A stretch of DNA of 64,000 bases from Octopus sinensis (GCF_006345805.1 NC_043011.1:9300001-9364000), one strand, 5' to 3'; positions 25,447-36,901 are shown, numbered from the stretch's first letter. The notes: generated from the sequence alone by a model not told the origin. Program-made: numbers and translations.

Positions 25447-25650
25447 TTCGGTTTTGGATTTGGTTTGCAAGATTCTTTATATGAGTTCGTGTGTTGAAGC
25501 ATATTCTGTTGTGTCTGGGGAGAGTCATTCTCTTTTAGTGCCTTATAATGTAACACACTCACCGGTAAAATTTCCACTTATTTCTTATTTTTATTTTCCT
25601 AAAATTTTCGTTGCGTCTTGCAACTTTTTCAATAGCCTGCTGTTTACAAT
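25446..25650 (-). repeat. Interspersed non-coding repeat X (possible PLE 3' end)
   Basis: Reverse complement matches 49220-49363; its 3' ~60 nt resembles the 3' end of repeat Y; flanked by (TACA)n and (TTC)n. Confidence 0.7.
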
Positions 25651-25654
25651 AATG

Positions 25655-26413
25655 CTTCTTCTTTCTTCTTCTTCTTTCTTCTTCTTCTTTCTTCTTCTTC
25701 TTTTCTTCTTCTTCTTTTCTTCTTCTTCTTTTCTTCTTCTTCTTCTTCTTCTTCTTCTTTTTCTTCTTCTTCTTTTCTTCTTCTTCTTTCTTCTTCTTTT
25801 CTTCTTCTTTCTTCTTCTTCTTCTTCTTTTCTTCTTCTTCTTTTCCTTCTTCTTCTTTTTTCTTCTTCTTTCTTCTTTTCTTCTTCTTCTCTTCTTCTTT
25901 TCTTCTTCTTTTTCTTCTTCTTCTTTTTCTTCTTTCTTCTTCTTCTTCTTCTTCTCTTCTTTTTCTTCTTCTTCTTTCTTCTTTTCTTTCTTCTTCTTCT
26001 TTTCTTCTTCTTCTTTCTTCTTCTTCTTCTTTTCTTATTCTTTTCTCTTCTTCTTTTTCTTCTCTTTCTTCTTCTCTTCTTCTTCTCTTCTTCTTCTTCT
26101 TTTCTTCTTCTTTTCTTCTTCTTCTTCTTCTTCTTCTTTTCTTCTTCTTTTTCTTCTTCTTCTTCTTCTTCTTCTTCTTCTTTTCTTCTTCTTCTTTTCT
26201 TCTTCTTCTTTTCTTCTTCTTCTTCTTCTTCTTCTTCTTTTCTTCTTCTTTTTCTTCTTCTTCTTTTCTTCTTCTTCTTCTTCTTCTTCTTTTCTTCTTC
26301 TTTCTTCTTCTTTTTCTTCTTCTTCTTTTCTTCTTCTTTTCTTCTTCTTTTCTTCTTCTTCTTTTCTTCTTCTTCTTCTTCTTTTTCTTCTTCTTCTTCT
26401 TCTTCTTCTTCTT
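25655..26413. repeat. About 760-bp (TTC)n/(TTTTC) polypyrimidine tract
   Basis: Almost purine-free on the plus strand (one A seen near 26036). Confidence 0.97.
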
Positions 26414-27078
26414 AAGGAAGGTGTGTAGTATGTGATAGTCACATTGACCTTGACAGAGAAAGTTGAGTAGAGTATCTGCATAAAATTCTGCCAAAAGCTC
26501 AGAGACCGATGCAAGGTTTTCAAACATTTTTCATCGTTCTCCATACAATTAAGGAGATCTTGTGCAATTGAAGCCCGGGTATCTTTTTGGTCAACCCAAA
26601 GCAGTTTTGGCACAAACTTGGCAGACATGTGTCTCATACCCAAATCTTCAGTTATGATGGACTGAACTGAACCGTTACTAATCTGAACATCCTCTGACAA
26701 CTCACGAATGGTGATTCAACGATTTCCCCTCACACCTGCATACAGACCTGTGGTGTTTTTCTCAGTTCTGCTGGTTGCGGCTCTCCCAGAACCTTTGTCA
26801 ATACTGACTTACATTCGGCCATCTTGGAAACGTCTGAATCACTCATACGTTTGTGTGCGGCTCATATAGTCCTCTCCATACACTTTCTGCAAGTTTGTGT
26901 AGGCCTCTGAACAGGTATCGCCCTGACAACTTCCTCTGTTACGGCCGGTGCGGCAGTCGCAGGCTATACGTCTTTCTTGCAAGCAGTGCTGCAAAAAGGC
27001 GGAAGTGAGCAGGAACATTATGACTTGGTGTACATGCGCAGCGGAAACCAAAGTCGATCTGTGCCAAGCGGCTTCACT
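26414..27078 (-). mobile_element. Rearranged mariner transposon 5' remnant (transposase HTH region)
   Basis: Minus strand GDTCSEAYTNLQKVYGEDYMSRTQTYE*FRRFQDGR..ITIRELSEDVQIS..SIITEDLGMRHMSAKFVPKLL; the N-terminus (M)TEKVE*SICIKFCQKL lies on the plus strand at 26450-26500. Confidence 0.85.
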
Positions 27079-27115
27079 CTTGTATGTGTATATATAGATG
27101 TGTATATATATATAG

Positions 27116-27450
27116 TACGTTTAAATATTTGTTGTGCAAGATTTTTTATGTGAAGTCGTGTGTTGAAACAGATATTGTTATATTTCGGAATGGTCAGTTT
27201 GCCAGTTTAGCCAATAAAAACACACGCACTATATATTTGGTGTTATTTTGCTTCAGTGTAATTTATTTTTTACATTAATCTTAATCTTATTTTGGCTAGA
27301 GTTCTTTCGTCACACTCCTGTGACCGCATCAGTGGTCCTTTGTTTTCTTCTTTCTTATTTGTGTCTCTCCTTACTAACCGTCAGCCGTTTTGTATTTCTA
27401 TTGTATGTCTTCTTTTGCGCATGCTTATATCTCTAAGTGCGACTATGTTT
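27116..27450 (-). repeat. Interspersed repeat Y bearing an HHR-like motif (putative PLE pseudo-LTR or 3' end)
   Basis: 27116-27298 matches both segments of the fold-back insertion at 49372-49608; lies 3' of the PLE GIY-YIG ORF on the same strand. Confidence 0.7.
27293..27338 (-). ncRNA. Minimal hammerhead-like motif (variant or degenerate core)
   Basis: Minus strand GGACCA-CTGATGCG-GTCAC-aggagt-GTGAC-GAAA-GAAC-TC/TAGCC; perfect 5-bp stem II, but core A9 reads C and stem I is imperfect. Confidence 0.5.
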
Positions 27451-27681
27451 ATTTAGTGTGTGTGTGGGGGGATGCCTGTAATATTTGTATCTTCTGTTTA
27501 TATACGTTCATGTAATTTGTACTTTGCTTTTGTTGTTTTTGTTTATTCTTATTTTGTTCATGTGTTTACATCCACTTATTATTATCATTACATATGCTTG
27601 TATGTATGTATAACAACAATACTAGTAATAATAATAATAAATCGAATCGAAAGAAAAAAAATATATAATAAGTTTATAAAA

Positions 27682-27743
<62 letters not shown>

Positions 27744-27789
27744 TTTCTATTAGTTTATTTATCTGTGTATTATTATGTTTTCAGGATCT

Positions 27790-29930
27790 ATATCGTCATA
27801 TGTGGTGTGTGTTAGTGCTCCATTCTAGTTTTCTATTCAGGCTAGGTTTATTTTCTATTATGTGTGTAGCTTCTTTAATTTGTCTAATTGTTGAATCTGA
27901 TCTATGTATGGATAATATTTTAATTTCTATGTTATTGATTGATCCCTCGTGTTCCTGTTCGGCGTGTTGGTACAGAATCGATGAGCTTTTACCTTCCTTG
28001 AGTTGTCTCCAATGCACATTTACCCGCTCTCCTATGCTTCTTGCCGTTTCCCCTACGTATGGCGTTGTCTTGTTACTGCATCGTCCCTCTATACATCTTA
28101 TACTATAGACTACATTTCTGGCTTTACAGTTTGTTTGTGGGCTAAATCTACATATAGTACAGTACTTATCCGTACAGGGGGTTCTACTGAAAGGATAGGT
28201 TCTACCAATTATAGATTTGATAGGGTTGCCTGGCTTTTCAACAACCTTAATTCTTAGTTTAAGTTTGTCTAGGGTCCTTCTAAAGCGGTACGCCAGTTCA
28301 CCTTCAGGGGTGGTGTCAACGAACATGACACTCTGGTATTTATGGCTATCATACCAAGAGTTGGCCTTCCCTATTTTCTTTTTGTCCTTTCTATAGTGTT
28401 CCATGACTTGTTCCTATAGAGTGGTCAAATCCCATTCCTATCATTACATAATATATTATCAAATTTCTTAATGGCTCTTTGTATACTCTGATCCTTTCTT
28501 TATGGCTGTAACTGAGAACTGCATGCGGTGAATGAAATATTGTATGTGTCTCTTTAACTCTGTAGGCTCGCACATGCGTGACACATTTCTCATTATTCTG
28601 ACGAGGTCTGCCATCAAAATATTGAATTTGGCATTGTCCGCAATGGCTGAGTTCCGGTGGATCAAGTATATTTGAGGCCATAGGTTTGGCATAATATGAA
28701 TGAAGGATTTGGGTTTTATTATCACAATTTCTAGCCAGAGTTCGGTGTCTAGTACTGGTAGTCTATGGTTGGGGTGTTTAGTGGGGTAGTCTATTGTGAC
28801 CTTAATACTGGTGGGATGGAGTAGTATTAGCTATTTGCTGGATGCTCTCCATAGTATTAGTTTCTATTACTATATCAACACAGTACTCTCTTGTTGGGGT
28901 GCCTTTACCACTATGTTGATATCATCAACATAGCGAGAGTACATATTTACAAGTATGGAGTTCTGTGTTAGGCGTTCTTTAAGCCTTCTGTCCCACCATA
29001 CCATGAAAAGGTTGGCCACATCACCAGCGATACTAACGCCGATGGCTGCCCCCTCGTCCTGGGCATATATTTTATTATTAAACTTAAACGTGTGGCCTTT
29101 TAGGGTAACTCTTATACTAGCTCCTAGTGCATGTGCGATCATTTTCTTTAACTGATGGACATTTGCGGGGCTCCGTATGGCTCTGGTCCATCCGCGCCAT
29201 CTTTCTATATGTGTTCCTAGCCATAGAAGTAATTGTGGGCGGTCTACCTCTTAAACATCTACTGGGGCAGAAACTACTAAGATTATGTTTATCTAAGTAT
29301 TCATTATTACATGCCAGTCTAAGTAGGAGGCCCAGTTCTTCTGTGTTGACATTACAGAACTCCACCTGGCTCTCATTGATCATCTCCACGCACTTCTCCA
29401 CCTCAAAATCTACGTCGATCGATGGGTATAGGGATACCACATCCATGCTACCCACCATACATCCTGTCAGGTCACAAGTGCTGTTACAGTCATCGATCAT
29501 GTTACATCATGTGACATCCGGATTATAGGGCGTATGATCATTGAGAGGAAGTAGGAGATTCTGTAATTGCTAGCGATATTCGCTCCACAGACTGGTCTTG
29601 TTGGTGGTCTTGCTATAGGGTCAGTAATATCTTTATGGTCCTTGCGAAGTCCATACAGTGCCGGGATATCATTGTTCCAGGCTTGGAAATTCTTTGCAGT
29701 ACGTTTCTGGGGTCCCAGAACAATTGTCCACATCATCATGTGGGCGTTGAGGACCTTTTCTCTCTCCTCATGTGCCTCTACAGTTGTTATTTTTGTATTG
29801 GAGATATGAGGTTGCATTGCCTGGATGTAGTTCGGCAAGCTGTCTATTGACATCCTGCCGGACTTATCTGTGGGAAGGCATACCACCTCTCCATTCCTCG
29901 TGCGCTGAATGAGCTTATGTAGGCCACATG
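27790..29930 (-). mobile_element. Penelope-like element 1 (RT plus C-terminal GIY-YIG; Cys-rich linker, Neptune-like), 5'-truncated and frameshifted
   Basis: TDKSG; LYGLRKDHK..RPVCGA; GSMDVVSLYPSID; GAAIGVSIAGDVANLFM; YSRYVDDI; CTDKYCTIC..NCKARNVVYSIRC..YVGETARSIGERVNVH..HAEQEH. Confidence 0.9.
27796..28404 (-). pseudogene. GIY-YIG endonuclease-coding segment of PLE 1 (locally open frame)
   Basis: VVYSIRC/YVGET motifs, conserved R and E, His pair; the upstream frame is broken. Confidence 0.85.
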
Positions 29931-29975
29931 CAGGTATTAATATAATATTTTTGTTCGTCATGATGCTGACATAAG

Positions 29976-30055
29976 TTCCTTGTCTTTCCTGATGAGAAGG
30001 CGGCATAATGAATTATGAATATGCAGTCTCGAAACATATGTCGAGAATAAAGGAA
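29976..30055 (+). ncRNA. Type I hammerhead ribozyme with intact core, in an inverted segment at the PLE 1 5' end
   Basis: CTGATGA (29989-29995), stem II closed by G29996-C30030, GAAA (30031-30034), palindromic stem III ACATATGT, GUC cleavage triplet (after 30042), stem I TTCCTT..TTTC pairing with GAGA..AAGGAA. Confidence 0.8.
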
Positions 30056-30099
30056 TTTTGTTAAAATCGTCGTTCAACTCCATTCTTTCATTTATTATA

Positions 30100-30164
<65 letters not shown>

Positions 30165-30181
30165 ATGTATATGTATATATG

Positions 30182-30228
<47 letters not shown>

Positions 30229-30360
30229 GTATATGTATATGTATATATATATAGTTAATCCAAACATGAAAACACAAAGAGAAAACACAACAACGCGAGG
30301 ACGTAGAACAAATATAGTAGTATATATATATATAAATATTTATATAATAAGAAGGTAGGC

Positions 30361-30660
30361 AAATCACAAACGCCTTCAGGTAGATGGCCCTGCTCGATCT
30401 GTAGAAAAGGCTTAGGTAGAAACTCTATAAGATGTACCAAGTGTAAGCTATGGACACATAAGAGTTGCAGCAATATCAAAGGAAGTTTAACTGGGAAGAT
30501 AGTTTTTGTATGTGGCAGATGCTCAGGAGCAATAGACATTGAAAATGTGCAGAGAACAACTTCCGTCACATTCCAGGGAGAAAAACTAGTAGGTGATAGC
30601 ATCCGTTACCTAGGGGACCAAGTCAGTAGTGGGGGAGGGTGCGCTGAAAGTGTAGCTGCT
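30361..30660 (+). mobile_element. RTE-type LINE fragment with Cys-rich (PHD-like) insertion downstream of the RT core
   Basis: Open frame not in the ORF track: [59 protein letters not shown]. Confidence 0.8.
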
Positions 30661-31021
30661 AACCCATGACTTATTCTTTGGAAGCCTAGTACTTATTCTA
30701 TCAGTCTCTTTTGCCGAGTCGCTAAGTTACGGGGACGTAAACACACCAGCATCGGTTGTCAAGCAATGTTGGGGGGACAAACACACAAACACACAAACAC
30801 ACACACACACACACACACACCACACACACACACACACACGCATATATATATATATATATATACGACGGGCTTCTTTCAGTTTCCGTCTACCAAATCCACT
30901 CACAAGGCTTTGGTCGGCCCGTGGCTATAGAAGACACTTGCCCAAGGTGCCACGCAGTGGGAATGAACCGGAACCATGTGGCTGGTAAGCAAGCTACTTA
31001 CCACATGACACTCCTGCGCCT
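30661..31021 (-). mobile_element. SINE family A copy, 3'-truncated
   Basis: High similarity to 5341-5714. Confidence 0.88.
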
Positions 31022-31037
31022 ATATATATATACATAT

Positions 31038-31108
<71 letters not shown>

Positions 31109-31111
<3 letters not shown>

Positions 31112-31230
31112 CCTGCTCGCTAGCCAGCGGGGGGGGTGGCGTCATTCGAAGGCTAAACCAATGCGAACGCATTGTGACCAGCGTCGTGTAACTATATCTG
31201 ATGGATGGTCGGTCACGTGATCACGTGATA
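31109..31230 (+). repeat. Interspersed repeat fragment ending in TCACGTGATCACGTGA (probable SINE tail)
   Basis: GC-richer island between (TA)n tracts; family assignment from recall only. Confidence 0.45.
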
Positions 31231-31282
<52 letters not shown>

Positions 31283-31339
31283 GTATATGTATAGTTTATA
31301 TTCATTTAAAGAAGAAAAGAAAATGGCGATTAGCAAACA

Positions 31340-31590
31340 TCATCATCATCATTGTTCGACCGTGGTCGAGACAATGGAATTTACCATGCTACGCCAGACC
31401 TCGCGGTCCATCATGGCATTACGGAGGTCCTGCTGCTGGATGCCTGTATCCCTGGAGATTACATCAGAGTAGGAGAGTGTGCGCCCTCTGGTATCGCGAG
31501 CAGATGGCTTCCAGAGGAGAAGAGTAGAAATTGCCTCTTTTTCAGCTCTACAACAATGTCCAGCAAACTGGACTCTTGCGATTAGCAAGT
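31340..31590 (-). mobile_element. RTE-like LINE 3' end with (GAT)n tail
   Basis: RVQFAGHCCRAEKE..LLWKP..RGRTLSYSDVISRDTG..DLRNAMMDREVWRSMV, then (TGA)n. Confidence 0.8.
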
Positions 31591-33146
31591 TAACCATTCT
31601 TTATTAACAAATTGGTATTCTTCGCTTACAAGCTTTTCAATCAATATTCAATAATTTAATTACAAAATTTGTGAATTAAATTTGCATTCATGCGACAGAA
31701 TCTCTGAGCAGAGTCTGGTGGAAGGAATTGACAGGTCGGCATATAACATCTCAAGGTATCTCGTTTGTTTACCTCACCTGATGAAATTATGCTCATGTCA
31801 CATAAATGCAAATATAATGAATAAATTTGTAATTAAACAATTGAGTATTAATTGGAATGGCTGTAAGAAACGAAGACGACCAATTTGTTGATAATAAATA
31901 ATTGTTAACTTCCTTATCTCCATTTTATTTTCTTCTTTTTAATGGATACAAACTATATGCTTAATATTGTTTTCAGGGAATTTCATTCCCCAACAATACT
32001 ACGAGGTATTGAACCAGTATTTTCACGAGGTTAACATATCCTCTAAATAAATATATATATATATACATACATATATATGTATAAAAGTAATATAAAGTAA
32101 TATTCGTTGCCACTTTAACATGATTGTCCGTTTGAGCGGTTTTAAAGTGGCTACGAATATTACTTGTCAGTACTACCAGAGATTTTAGAAGTAGCATTTT
32201 TGTTTATATATATATATGTTTACATACATACATCAATGCATGCATACATACACACACATGTATATATAATATACACACACATATACAGGGGGGATAGAAG
32301 AGAAAGAAAAAAAGAAAGAAAGAAAGAAAGAGAAAGAAAGGAAGAAAGACAGAAAGGTTGGAAATGGGGGAGTGTCGGGGATGTTCATGGAAGCGGGCTT
32401 ATTTCCGATCGACCTGACCTCAGTACTTTTACATATTTATAAGTACTTAGCGTTTATTTCTATTTGAAGGGCAAACTCATATTAGGCGCTGGGCCAGATT
32501 ACTCTCGACTCTCTCATTCATCTAACCCTCCCCCCCTTTTCTCTAGACATACACGTGTAGATTACTATATGGATGTGTGTATAATATATATATATATATA
32601 GGCACATATGCGCTTACATGTGTATGTATTTACACACACGCACACACACATACACACACACACACACACACACATGCTATCATGCATGCATACTCCTATA
32701 TGTGTGTTTATTTGTGTGTATGTTTGTGTGTTAAATGGAATGCAACTCAGCGTGTTTAAGTTCAGATTTGTAAACGTTTACAACCCTGTGTTTAATATAA
32801 TTGAACCTCACTGTGAAAATATAGGAATAAAGCTAATGGAGTATGTCAAAATCCAGTTCGGATAAAGCAGATCGATAAGTTTCGACTTTGTTAAACCTTC
32901 GTCGAGTTTCTCTAAACTCCATCCTGGATGCTGAGAGGATCTCCGTGTTTTTCTATCATTGTGTAGGGATATCTCTCGCTCTTTTCTCGCTAAAGCTACA
33001 ATTTCTTTAAAATGTCGTTATAATATACTGAACATTTCCTTGAATAAAAAAAAAATCCAAAAATTCCCAGTTTTATCAATATAACAGTGGATCCTTCAAT
33101 AAAGAAGTGACATAAACCCTTATTGAAGGATTTGCACTGCATTTGT

Positions 33147-33520
33147 GGAAGTGCGTTGGCCCAGTGATTAGGGCAGCGGTCATAAGAACTCGGTTTCGAT
33201 TCCCAGACCGGGCGTTGTGAGTGTTTATTTAGCAAAAACAGTTAAAGCTCCACGAGGTTCCGGCAAGCGGGTGGGTGGTGAACCCTGCTGTACTCTTTCA
33301 CCACAGCTTTCTCTCACTCTTTTTTCCTGTTTCTGTTGTACCTGTATTTCAAAGGGGCCAGCCTTGTCACACTCTGTGTCACGCTGAATCTCCCCGAGGA
33401 CTAAGGTAAGGGTACACGTGTCCGCGGAGTGCTCAGCTATTTGCCCGTTAATTTCACGAGCAGTCTGTTCCGTTGATCGGATCAACTGGAACCCTCGTCG
33501 TCGTAACCGACGGAGTGCCA
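33147..33520 (+). mobile_element. tRNA-derived SINE family C
   Basis: Head TGGCCCAGTGATTAG..GGTTTCGATTCCC, body TTTCAAAGGGGCCAGCCTTGTCACACTCTGTGTCAC, tail shared with 12983-13262. Confidence 0.85.
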
Positions 33521-34490
33521 TACTTCGAGAAGGGTGGTTGTGCGCCAAATAAACAAACCTTGGCAGTATTTAATTATGAATCTCTATGTAGTGAGTTCAA
33601 TTTCTGACGAAGTAAATTTTCTTATTTGTCCAACAATGAATAAAGAACCGAAAGTTTGGTGAGGTTCATTTTGTCACCCGTGTCCGCCCCTCCCCTCAAA
33701 TATGTGGACTGGGGTTTATATTAGAAATTATTACAACAATAATTTTTACAGTTGCTGATGTTTAACCCTCGGTTACTCTTAAACGAGTATACAATCAGAA
33801 GCGTTCACGTCGTGCCCATCTCGTCGTTCCTCAAGCATAATGGACCCAGAAACACACTGTGGAAAGGCTTCCTTCCCAAAAGGGTTTGACTTCTATTTCT
33901 ATCAGGTCGAATGACCATGAAGAGGTTCCCCTCAGTTAAAGAAAGAAACACAACTGATAATCCTTTCCGATTTCAAATCCCACGGGGCTCGATTTCTTTG
34001 GGATATACTCAAATATCAGTATATTAAGGGGTCACGGGATTATTCATGACGATGATTATGACGGTGATGATGACGACGACGCTGATGATGATGGTGATGG
34101 TGATGATACTTAACCTCTGTCGCCATGCTCCACTCCGAGGAAACCGCCAAATACTTCCATAACCTTACCATTTCTAAAGGTTAAAGGAATAAGGGACGAC
34201 AGAGACTTCAAAATGGCCCCGTTTTTTGTTGTTGTTGTTGTTACAGCTGCAACTGCTCTTGTTGCTAGTTTCAGCTATGTCTTTCTTGCAAACCTCACTT
34301 CCGGTCCCTCTGACCCTTCCCTTTTTAGTTCTCCACTTCTCCCTTTTTCTCTCTTCTCTCCCTCCCCCACCCTTTCTTTCTTCATCTCCCCCAAATATCG
34401 CTCACATTTACCCCCTCTCCACTCTCACATCCTTCTCAAGCGACCCTCTTCTGTAATTCTGCCCAGCTGATGCGATTTCTAAATATATGC

Positions 34491-34549
<59 letters not shown>

Positions 34550-34718
34550 ACACATACGCGCGAGCAGTACACATACCCTCGCACGCGCACTCACACACAC
34601 ACAAACACACACCCACACGCACGCACAAATGCTCATATATATATGCACACACACACAAATATACATATTTATGTGCGAGTGTGTATGTGTGTATGTAGAT
34701 GTATACATACATAAAAAC

Positions 34719-34756
<38 letters not shown>

Positions 34757-34784
34757 TAAATATAAGGGTAGCAAAAAAATTCTA

Positions 34785-35010
34785 GAAATTGTTGTATATA
34801 CGCCATGTTGGATCGCTAGCTTCTGCACGCATTTTTTTTCTCTCCTTGTTTCTCTCCGTGTTTCTTTTCTGTGTATCTTTCTGTTGAAGAGCGTAGGCTC
34901 GAAACGTAAAAGACTTGTTTTATTTATATTCCTGATCGCCATACTAATACAATTGTTTGTTTGTATTCCACCTGCCTTCGTCTTTTGTTTATTTTCATAA
35001 AGCTTCCCGT

Positions 35011-35011
<1 letters not shown>
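34785..35011 (+). mobile_element. Short (TA)n-flanked element carrying a minimal HHR motif (solo PLE pLTR-like)
   Basis: Unique ~225-bp island between (TA)n tracts containing the motif at 34876-34913. Confidence 0.55.
34876..34913 (+). ncRNA. Minimal hammerhead motif with core variant CUGUUGA
   Basis: TCTTT-CTGTTGAA-GAG-cgtagg-CTC-GAAA-CG-TA/AAAGA: perfect 5-bp stem I, 3-bp stem II, palindromic ACGT stem III; core A6 reads U. Confidence 0.6.
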
Positions 35012-35042
<31 letters not shown>

Positions 35043-35113
35043 TATAATAGGAGAGAGAGAGAAGAGAGAGAGATACAAACACACACACACATATTATATA
35101 TATATATATATAT

Positions 35114-35157
<44 letters not shown>

Positions 35158-35166
35158 TACTGTAGT

Positions 35167-35496
35167 GAAGGCGCATGGCTCAGTGGCTGGAGCGTCAATT
35201 GTGAGGTTGTGAGTTCGATTCCTAGACCTGGCTGCATGTCGTGTTCTTGAGCAAGATACTTTATTTCACGGTGCTTGCTCCACTTCACTCAGCAGTAGAA
35301 ATGAGTTGTGACGTCACAGGTGCCAAGCTGTATCGGTCTTGCCTTTCCCTTGGATAATGTTGGTGGCGTGGAGAGGCGGGGCTGGCATGGATGGGCGACT
35401 GCTGTTCTTCCATGAAAACAACACTTGCTCGGACTTGTACTTCCGAGTGTAACTTTCTAGATGCAATCCCATGGTCATTAATGACCGAAGGGGGTC
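35167..35496 (+). mobile_element. tRNA-derived SINE family D
   Basis: A box TGGCTCAGTGG, B box GTTCGATTTCC, core GTGTTCTTGAGCAAGATACTTTATTTCAC, tail CCCATGGTCATTAATGACCGAAGGGGGTC. Confidence 0.85.
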
Positions 35497-36782
35497 ACCC
35501 TCACCCTCCTCATATATACACAACTGATAATGCTAGGGATGTAAAACGATCAACTTATAAACAACAACAACAAGCACAGACTCGTGAAACGACTAAACTC
35601 TTTTGGAGGAGTCGAATTCAATCGCCAATATGCTGTTCAAACACGAGATTGGCCACTCTAAGTTAGTTTTCGTTTTATTTTAATATATAAATCTGAATCC
35701 CATGGCTATTGGAGATAAGGTCGGACAGTTGCTGTGCTGATAACGCTTCTTGGGGCAGAAACACATGTCTATGAATGTCTTGTTATCTCCGGACAATAAA
35801 CCTGGACTTTTCCTTAATATTGGAAAGATAAATTAATTTGTCGTCAATTAACGATTGTTCCAAAGGACGACAGCAATGATTCGTTCTGTATCCTTTTTAC
35901 TTTTTATTCCCGACACCCAAACAAAAAGTAATCCCCTTCCGATCTTGTTGGTAGTTTAATACAAACTACATTGTATACGGTTTGGTTTGAAGATAGACTT
36001 CAAAATAAATCAAGATTCAAACATGGCAAATATAACGGTTTTGATTTAGCCATGAAACTGCCAGAAACAGCAGCAAAATTTCTCCTAAATCACATTGGAT
36101 CATAGGTACTTTGGATCAAAACTGACCCAGTGCTAGCAACACCAACTCAAAAATGCATCTGCCACAAAAGTACCAACAGTCATCTTCGTTCCAAGACTTT
36201 TGTGTCTGTTAAACTAAGTGCCATAATATGCTCCATTCTGCCATGGATTATTCCGTCATAACAAGTTCTTCTCCGACATAACAAATCTCAGTCTGTCACG
36301 TTTTACGCCAGCCTACAATCTAATTATTCTATCATCTATTTTCTCCGTCACAATACGTCTTACTCCGTCGTATTATCTAATTACTCGGTCATGAATATGT
36401 TTTACGCCGCACATAACAACTTACTCCGTCATAACATGCCCTACCTTTCGAAACCTGCGTCATTTTTTTATGACAAAATTCAGCTTTCATCATGCAAACT
36501 CTGATTTCTTTGGAAGATTTCTTTGTCAAAACATTCACAAGTGCTCATTACGTATACCTTGATTCTAGTTGACCAATTATCAAACAAGAACCAAATATTT
36601 CCATTGCTCACCGAATTTATCAATGTTTTTGTTTTATTTCTTATTTAAATATTCTGGAATTGTGTTTAATAAACACATTTTCATGATATTCATAGCAATG
36701 TTCAGTTGATGCTTAAAGATGTTGTAAACCTGCCAAACCGAACTTACTATTATGAAGTGCCAGAATGTCAAATCTCTCTGTT

Positions 36783-36845
36783 CTGGCAGTCCCCCTCACC
36801 CCACTGGCAGTCCCCCTCACCCCACTGGCAGTCCCCCTCACCCCA
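36783..36845. repeat. Three perfect copies of 21-bp CTGGCAGTCCCCCTCACCCCA
   Basis: Direct reading. Confidence 0.95.
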
Positions 36846-36858
36846 GACACCACCGGTG

Positions 36859-36901
<43 letters not shown>

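Noticed and set aside
25208-26700. 406-aa, 322-aa and 221-aa ORFs
   Set aside because: Their length comes from the (TACA)n and (TTC)n tracts; only the mariner-derived N-terminal part of the 221-aa ORF has real homology.
32870-32910. Minus-strand CTCGACGAAGG..GTCGAAAC hammerhead-like string (and CTGAGGAG..GAAACGTT at about 7574-7606)
   Set aside because: Core or stems are too degraded to separate from chance without a family consensus.
35167-35260. tRNA-like A/B box sequences (also at 33147, 37600-37692, 8000-8085)
   Set aside because: They continue into SINE bodies and do not fold into a full cloverleaf, so they are SINE heads rather than tRNA genes.
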